A DNA stretch of 64,000 bases, taken from the NCBI GenBank assembly GCA_002773855.1, contig PEZY01000012.1:367847-431846 (forward strand), read 5' to 3'. Origin of the DNA: Candidatus Buchananbacteria bacterium CG10_big_fil_rev_8_21_14_0_10_33_19 (GTDB lineage: Bacteria; Patescibacteriota; Patescibacteriia; 2-01-FULL-39-33). The position numbers and the translations under genes were made by a program. Shown here in pieces: positions 58,344 through 64,000 of this stretch; positions within the stretch are counted from its first letter, which is position 1, and the number at the start of each line of letters is the position of its first letter. A model generated the notes under the pieces. The model did no database searches, was not told the origin of the DNA, and saw only the letters and a list, made by a program, of their open reading frames with translations.

Positions 58344-58886
58344 TTAATTTTTTAACATCAATAAAGCAAGTTTTCGCACAGTATTAATATTTCGCGCGGT
58401 CATATTTTTGTATACCTCACTGCCAATAAAATTATTCATTTTACTTTTAGAATAATCTGTCTTTTTTAGGTGCCAGATTATAGCGCCATCAACATACATC
58501 AAAGAATCGACTTTTGGATTAATTTCAATTAATTTTAGAGTCTTGCTATTAGCAAATTTTTCCCACAAAAACAACACGTCAGTTTTATGGTCCTGATCAT
58601 TAACCCAAGTTTTAGGAACTTTACTACAAATTTTTTCAATATTATTTTGATCACGCAATACAACTCTAATATTCAGGCCAAACGTTTTTTTTATTATTTT
58701 TTCAATCTCACTGGTAATTTCAGCAATATCTTGCTTTTTGGTATCAAAAATAACATTACCTGAATTTATATAAGTAATGACATTAGTACAATAAAGGGAC
58801 TCAAAACACTTTTTGAGTTTTGGCATTTCAATTTTATTGTTACCACCGACATTAATGCCGCGCAGTAGGGCTACGTATGTTTTCAT
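58344..58886 (-). CDS. DUF1697 family protein
   Basis: ALLRGINVGGNNKIEM…VITYINSGNVIF N-terminal pattern characteristic of DUF1697. Confidence 0.55.
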   Translation of the reverse strand: MKTYVALLRGINVGGNNKIEMPKLKKCFESLYCTNVITYINSGNVIFDTKKQDIAEITSEIEKIIKKTFGLNIRVVLRDQNNIEKICSKVPKTWVNDQDHKTDVLFLWEKFANSKTLKLIEINPKVDSLMYVDGAIIWHLKKTDYSKSKMNNFIGSEVYKNMTARNINTVRKLALLMLKN

Positions 58887-58945
58887 AATTAAAGTATATC
58901 AATAATTTAAAAAGAAGAATACTTTAATTTGTTTTATGCTCGGGG

Positions 58946-59108
58946 GCAGGGATTTACGACGTAAACCGCCTGCCAAAAGCAGGACGGTTTACTCTGTCCT
59001 GGGTTGGCGTCTAATCTGCCACCGGCAGATTATTCGACGTTCGCTGTGTCGTTTCGGCTTCCGCCTCCACTCCTGGCTCACTTCCAACCCGTTCGAATCC
59101 CTGCCCCC
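58946..59108 (+). other. GC-rich structured element (~165 nt) of unknown function beside tRNA-Gln; tRNA-derived ends
   Basis: Closed by a 13-bp helix (5' gggggcagggatt / 3' aatccctgccccc). The 5' end belongs to a 27-nt direct repeat of the tRNA-Gln 3' end. The 3' end is an inverted 18-nt copy of the tRNA T-loop/acceptor. Internal hairpins (caggac…gtcctg; atctgcc-acc-ggcagat). A bidirectional terminator follows at 59121-59152. Confidence 0.4.
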
Positions 59109-59120
59109 TCCGAAAAATAA

Positions 59121-59152
59121 AACAAAAACACCGCTTCCAGCGGTGTTTTTGT
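59121..59152. terminator. Bidirectional hairpin terminator (A-tract/T-tract flanked)
   Basis: acaccgc-ttccag-cggtgt hairpin between aaaaataaaacaaaa and tttttgtttt. Confidence 0.65.
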
Positions 59153-59158
59153 TTTATG

Positions 59159-59229
59159 CTCGGGGGCAGGGATTCGAACCCCGATACCTTGGACCAGAAC
59201 CAAGAGTCCTACCGTTAGACGACCCCCGA
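59159..59229 (-). tRNA. tRNA-Gln (anticodon CUG)
   Basis: Minus-strand cloverleaf folded by hand: acceptor UCGGGGG/CCCCCGA (U1:A72), D-arm GUCU-AACGGUA-GGAC, anticodon arm CUUGG-UUCUGGU-CCAAG, T-arm CGGGG-UUCGAAU-CCCUG, discriminator G; CCA not encoded. Confidence 0.8.
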
Positions 59230-59370
59230 ATAATATACTTTTTATATATAATAGCTACAATATCCCCCTATAATACCACAAAAAGACTTAAATATCAATA
59301 TTAACTCTACTCAAAATCATTAAATCAAGTTATAATAGCCTTAGAACCTTTATAACCAAGGAGTGAACCA

Positions 59371-59667
59371 ATGGACACCAATATAACTGGCAGCCTAGAA
59401 ATTGCTAAAGCTATTTTAGCTATGAAAGAGACTGAACTGCAAATGTTAGTTACTGTTCTTCAAGAAGCTCATTATTTAAGTGATGAATTAGTTTGTTTAT
59501 TAGCTGAATTTTGGGGTGTAGCCAAACAAGAAGCACAAGCTTTAGCAGAGGCTATTACCTCATTAGAACAACAAAAAGAAATATTTGGTAATATCGGATT
59601 GCCCAAAGAAATCGAAATTGCCTCCAAAGAAGACTATCCCGATGACCAGCAACCGACTGGTAATTAA
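59371..59667 (+). CDS. Hypothetical acidic protein
   Basis: GGAG RBS before ATG; 98-aa ORF; no motif recognised. Confidence 0.35.
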   Translation: MDTNITGSLEIAKAILAMKETELQMLVTVLQEAHYLSDELVCLLAEFWGVAKQEAQALAEAITSLEQQKEIFGNIGLPKEIEIASKEDYPDDQQPTGN

Positions 59668-59730
59668 AATCGTAAGCCACTGGCCTACGATTTTTTAAAT
59701 TATAGTTTATTTATATACCTCCTTAAAACC

Positions 59731-61494
59731 TCAAAACATACTAATCACATCCTGACTGACATCGGCTGGCTTATCCAAAGATATTTTCTCAACACTGGCG
59801 GACAAGTTTAGGCTTGGCGTCGCCGAGCTAATAGCTTGGCTACTGGGCGCTCCACTAGCAATTCCCACTCCTTCTATCTCCATCGGCATAGGAGTAGCGT
59901 TTTCTTTAATTACCGGTTTTATTTGCACTTCGATTTTTAAAACTTCTGACATTATCCTTTCTACCAACAACTTATTACTATGATCGGTAATTCTGTCGTA
60001 ATAAAACTTATTTTTTACACCCAATTCCACTACATTATTATCACACTTAAGTGGTTCGCCAATTCTAAGCAGTGATGACAAGGTATAGTTTTCTTCTAAC
60101 AATTTAACTACAATATCTTTCCAGCTCTCTTTGACTTTGCTAAATTTAATAGATTTAACATCACCTAATTTGCCATCAGTTGAGTTTAAATCAATTTTAA
60201 TTTCACTGGCCACTACCTCCTCTTTTTTCAAATCAATATTCTCTAGGGCTACTACCTCTTCCTTGTGCTTGATTGGATTTAAATATGATAATTTATCTTT
60301 AATTTTTTCTTTCACCTTTTGAGTCCTAGAAACATCATCACCAACTAGTTTACTACCACCATCTAAATCATCATCACTCTCATCATCTTTTCTAACAAAT
60401 ACTGGTTTTTCCTGAGTTAATTGAATCACGGCGATTTCCAGTGGAAACTGTTGAATTAAGGCAGATTTAATTTCTTGTCTTTTTATTACAAACAAATCTA
60501 TAGTCAAAACTAGTTTGACATAATCAAACCGTCTAGCCAAATCCTCAGCTGATTTTTGTGAACCCTCATCAAGCTCAATACCAAAATCACTTAAATCACC
60601 ATTGACCTTTAACAACATTATTTTACGTAAAAATTCTAATAAATTTTCTACAAATATCTGCAAGTCAAAACCATCTTCCACTAAATTATTAATTAGTTCG
60701 ATGCCAGCTGTAGTATTATTTTCAACAATGAAGCTCAAAAACTGAGCCACTTTATTAAAATCTGATCGAGGTAAAATAATTTCGGCCTGTTCGGCAGTAA
60801 TATCATTGCCTAAAGTAAATACTTTACCCAATAAACTCTCGGCATCACGGACACACCCCTCAGAATGAATAACAATATTATCCAAAACCGAACTTTCAAT
60901 TTTAATGTTTTCAGTTTTAGCAATTTTTTCTAAGCGATTTTTTAAATCCTTCGAAGACACTTTCTTTAAATCAAAACGCTGACACCTAGATATAATTGTT
61001 TGTGGTAATTTATGAGTTTCGGTGGTACACAAAATAAAAATAGCATGAGCTGGTGGCTCTTCGAGAGTTTTTAGTAGAGCATTAAAAGCCGAAATCGAAA
61101 GCATATGGACTTCATCGATAATGAAAACTTTATACTGACTAGAATTTGGAGTAAACCGAGCATTTTCGATAATATTTTCTCGAACATTATCCACCCCAGT
61201 ATGAGAAGCAGCGTCAATTTCTATAATATCCATAGAACTGTTAGTAGTAATGCTAGTGCAGGATCGACATTCATTGCATGGTTCACTACTACCCTCTTTT
61301 CTATTCTCACAATTTATCGCTTTAGCAAAAAGTCTGGCTAAAGTGGTTTTACCCAAACCCCTGGGGCCACAAAAAAGATAAGCATGACCAATTTGGCCCT
61401 GCTCAATCTCGTGTTGCAAAGTTATTTTAACGTGATTTTGACCGATAACATCAGCAAACTTCTGCGGTCGATATTTACGATAAATAGTAGACAT
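59731..61494 (-). CDS. dnaX: DNA polymerase III subunit gamma/tau
   Basis: AAA+ clamp-loader motifs (GPRGLGKTT, DEVHML, SRC), zinc module CNECRSC. Confidence 0.85.
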   Translation of the reverse strand: MSTIYRKYRPQKFADVIGQNHVKITLQHEIEQGQIGHAYLFCGPRGLGKTTLARLFAKAINCENRKEGSSEPCNECRSCTSITTNSSMDIIEIDAASHTGVDNVRENIIENARFTPNSSQYKVFIIDEVHMLSISAFNALLKTLEEPPAHAIFILCTTETHKLPQTIISRCQRFDLKKVSSKDLKNRLEKIAKTENIKIESSVLDNIVIHSEGCVRDAESLLGKVFTLGNDITAEQAEIILPRSDFNKVAQFLSFIVENNTTAGIELINNLVEDGFDLQIFVENLLEFLRKIMLLKVNGDLSDFGIELDEGSQKSAEDLARRFDYVKLVLTIDLFVIKRQEIKSALIQQFPLEIAVIQLTQEKPVFVRKDDESDDDLDGGSKLVGDDVSRTQKVKEKIKDKLSYLNPIKHKEEVVALENIDLKKEEVVASEIKIDLNSTDGKLGDVKSIKFSKVKESWKDIVVKLLEENYTLSSLLRIGEPLKCDNNVVELGVKNKFYYDRITDHSNKLLVERIMSEVLKIEVQIKPVIKENATPMPMEIEGVGIASGAPSSQAISSATPSLNLSASVEKISLDKPADVSQDVISMF

Positions 61495-61582
61495 AAAAAC
61501 TTAAAAAAACGGCCAATCAAATATAAAAATCAGCCCTCTTAATATGTATTATAAACCAATAAACTACTACCTGCAAGCCAAC

Positions 61583-61620
61583 AAAAAAACCGCCTGTTAT
61601 CACCTAACAAGCGGCCTTTT
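61583..61620 (-). terminator. Terminator between 84-aa gene and dnaX
   Basis: ccgcctgtta…taacaagcgg hairpin with A7 upstream and T4 downstream. Confidence 0.55.
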
Positions 61621-61636
61621 ATCAACAATAAAACGA

Positions 61637-61891
61637 CTAGTCCTCAGTTTTACTTAAATGATCAATGATTTGGCCATCTATATCGGCTAGTGCCTGAGAT
61701 TCTACTTTTTCTAAATCATTATTTATTTTATCCATAGCCTTAAAGCCAGCATTAACATCACTAATTATTTTATTAGTCTTGTTGGCGAATTGAGCATTAG
61801 TTAAATTAATATCATCTAGTAGTATATCAGCTTGATTAATTACATCTTTAGGATCAATTTGAGTCATATATTTAAAATTAATGAATGCCAA
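61637..61891 (-). CDS. Hypothetical small protein
   Basis: 84-aa ORF overlapping the end of the upstream gene by 14 nt; no motif. Confidence 0.3.
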   Translation of the reverse strand: MAFINFKYMTQIDPKDVINQADILLDDINLTNAQFANKTNKIISDVNAGFKAMDKINNDLEKVESQALADIDGQIIDHLSKTED

Positions 61892-63719
61892 AATAGGCTC
61901 TTAATAAATTGATTTTCTCTGTAGTTTTATTTTTTAATTGTCGTTCATTTAAACCTTTAAACCTAGTGGTTTTAACAATACTCTCTAATCTTTTAATATT
62001 TAAATCACCATGTTTGGCTAAAATTTGCTCTGGCATCAAAAGCATACCATCATTTTTAGAAAACGAATTCCATTTATCCACATAAGCCTTGGCCGAGAAA
62101 ACTGGCGTCTCTCTGGCCGAGCCTTCGGACTCTCTAGATCGGATTTGTGGTATATAGCCAGGACTAATTACTTCTCGCTCTTTTTCTTCTCGCTTTTTAG
62201 CCGCTTCTTGCAAATCACCTCTGATATTTTGCCATTTTTCTATTCTAGATTCTTCTTTGTTGATACGACCATTAATTTTAATGATATTATCTTCTAATTT
62301 ATCTATATTTTTCTGCGATACCTTAAGGGCCGCCTCAATATCATCTACCTTTCTTTTTAACACAGCTTTAAAAGATTTTTTAGCTTGAGTTGGCATAGTC
62401 ACTTCATCTAATTCTAATATCCGATTTTTTAAATTCAATAAACGACCTGAAAATTCATCGGCGACTACTTCAAAATTATCTTTCTCGGCTACTAAATCCA
62501 ACCGGCTACTCTCTAATTTAGACATTTCCGTCTGATACGGTTCTAATTTAGAATCTATCGCTTGTTCCAATTTAACCATATTTGCCACCAAACCAACTTC
62601 TAGTTCTGCTCTACCAGTATCTTCAATTTTTAATTTTTCAGCTAATTTTATCTTGGCTTTTTCGGCGGTCTGTATTTTAGTTTCTAAATCTTTCCGGCTT
62701 TTTTCAATAGCTTTTAATTCACGAGGCTTTAACTCGCCAGTCATTTTGCCAGACATCTCCTCTATATTTAGAAGCTTGTCTTTAAGCTCTTCGATATTGT
62801 CTTCTGATTTTAATAAATCCTTATTTAAATTGTGAATTTTATCACTTGATCGTTCAATCAATTTTTGACCCTTATTAATTTCTTGTTGGCCGCGATACTT
62901 AAAAGTTAAATCCGCAAATACTTGTCTGGCTTCTTGACTCATTTTAGTAAAAACACCAACATTCTTTTTGGTTCTAAGTGGCACGTCAACTTTTTCATCA
63001 TTTTCCCGAGGATTTTCCAAAACTACAGACGTATCTGCCTCTTCAAACAAACCAAAATCTATTGACCCAGATTCAATTGAATCTATTTCCGGATTAACAA
63101 AAGTTGTGGCTTCTGTTGGCACCTCATCTAATATATCAGCCCAATCATCTGGCTGTTTTTCAACAGATAATTTAGAATCTAAATCTAAATTATTATCTGA
63201 TTTTTGGTTTAAAGTTATTTCTCTTGCAGATCTTAAGCCCTGTTCTACGTCTGATAATCCAGTAATCCATTCCAGTGGCTGAGTTTTTTGGTAGTTCCAT
63301 TTTTTTCTTAAAGCTACTAAACGATCACTGTCAGACAAAATTTCTTCAACTCGTTCTTTAAATTCATCGGCGGCATCGCTGGTTCTGCCCAATAAATCAT
63401 TTTCTGCTTCAGCTAATTCTGACTTAATCGGCTCAGTCTCCATTCCCAAATCAGCTTCAGTCAACTGCTCATCCACCAATTGCTCTGAAGATTCAACCAA
63501 ACTAGTTACCGAATCAGCTTCTTGACTATATTCTTTATCTACTTCACCTAATAACTCTTGCATTTTTTCCAAAGCACTCATTGGCTTTTCAGCTAACTCT
63601 TCTATTAAATCTACTGCTTTTTCCAACCCTAAATCAGAGCCGCTGGTTTTTTCAGAGGTCTTAGTATTAATTGATTTTCTTAAAATATCACCAGGTCTTG
63701 TTGGGTTTTCTTCTACCAT
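61878..63719 (-). CDS. Large acidic coiled-coil protein, hypothetical
   Basis: 613-aa ORF, strongly charged, long heptad-like segments; no catalytic motif recognised. Confidence 0.4.
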   Translation of the reverse strand: MVEENPTRPGDILRKSINTKTSEKTSGSDLGLEKAVDLIEELAEKPMSALEKMQELLGEVDKEYSQEADSVTSLVESSEQLVDEQLTEADLGMETEPIKSELAEAENDLLGRTSDAADEFKERVEEILSDSDRLVALRKKWNYQKTQPLEWITGLSDVEQGLRSAREITLNQKSDNNLDLDSKLSVEKQPDDWADILDEVPTEATTFVNPEIDSIESGSIDFGLFEEADTSVVLENPRENDEKVDVPLRTKKNVGVFTKMSQEARQVFADLTFKYRGQQEINKGQKLIERSSDKIHNLNKDLLKSEDNIEELKDKLLNIEEMSGKMTGELKPRELKAIEKSRKDLETKIQTAEKAKIKLAEKLKIEDTGRAELEVGLVANMVKLEQAIDSKLEPYQTEMSKLESSRLDLVAEKDNFEVVADEFSGRLLNLKNRILELDEVTMPTQAKKSFKAVLKRKVDDIEAALKVSQKNIDKLEDNIIKINGRINKEESRIEKWQNIRGDLQEAAKKREEKEREVISPGYIPQIRSRESEGSARETPVFSAKAYVDKWNSFSKNDGMLLMPEQILAKHGDLNIKRLESIVKTTRFKGLNERQLKNKTTEKINLLRAYFGIH

Positions 63720-64000
63720 ATTTTAAATATTTAACTTTCTTTTTAAACTCGAAATTTTTTTATCGTCAATTTTTTGTAAAATTTTATCAATTTTATTATG
63801 ATAATCACCTTTAGCCGATTCAACCTTAGCTGTAAAATCAGCTAAAGCCTTAGTTAATTCAGTTTTATATTTATCTTCACTCATATTTTTATTGCTTAGA
63901 AATTATATTTTTTTAATATTTTTTATCATCATTAAATTGCGGAGCCACTTTCTTCCTCGTCATTGCGAAGAAGCGGAGCGTATGAAGCAATCTAATTTCA

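Noticed and set aside
58946-59108. tmRNA or intron-containing tRNA interpretation of the 165-nt element
   Set aside because: No tag-peptide frame ending in ALAA-like residues, no valid T-arm or D-arm on either strand, and about 165 nt is too short for tmRNA. A hand fold does not give a cloverleaf. Left as unclassified.
58936-59304. Plus-strand 122-aa ORF spanning the structured element and tRNA-Gln
   Set aside because: It runs straight through a tRNA gene and a terminator hairpin, so it cannot be coding.
63940-64000. GC-rich segment at the window edge (gcggagccactttcttcctcgtcattgcgaagaagcggagcg)
   Set aside because: It is truncated by the window end and does not fold as a tRNA, so it cannot be evaluated.
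1-64000. CRISPR arrays, IS elements, integrase/recombinase genes and restriction-modification systems
   Set aside because: None were found. The only regular short repeats are the 12-bp palindromes at 25646-25681 and the gaaaatt x3 at about 45492-45512. No transposase or integrase motifs are present in any frame.

Overview
This is an AT-rich, gene-dense bacterial window of about 30-35% GC. Almost all genes are on the minus strand and many have textbook TTGACA-17-TATAAT promoters and hairpin/T-tract terminators. Gene content suggests a small-genome, Patescibacteria/CPR-like organism, but that is inference and I have no database confirmation. The gene content is: giant Ca-binding/Ig-like/GH9-like surface proteins; a prepilin; PduL+AckA acetate formation; PPDK; a TruB-TsaC fusion; and a five-gene envelope-glycan locus.

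Recognisable housekeeping genes include recR, purF, rplU, tgt, rnhA, recJ, lepA, murJ, ackA, ppdK, uvrC/uvrA/uvrB, sodA, a P-type ATPase and dnaX.

I annotated two RNA genes that are invisible to the ORF track. One is a 553-nt RNase P RNA at 24588-25140, with the P4 motifs and a consensus promoter that places the transcription start exactly at P1. The other is tRNA-Gln(CUG) at 59159-59229.

The most unusual features are:
- a tandem array of four paralogous small Cys/His-rich zinc-finger proteins (42225-43347);
- a ~200-nt GC-rich structured RNA with its own promoter and terminator (24320-24519);
- a 165-bp GC-rich structured element beside tRNA-Gln, bounded by a 27-nt direct repeat and an inverted copy of the tRNA 3' end;
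- a duplicated lepA 3' end bracketing a small DUF805 islet;
- ~225-bp hairpin-rich direct repeats flanking uvrA;
- an unannotated AbrB/MazE-like ORF under a perfect 14-bp inverted repeat;
- a GC-rich pair of lipoprotein paralogs.

Nothing here can be confirmed without homology or covariance searches, which I could not run.
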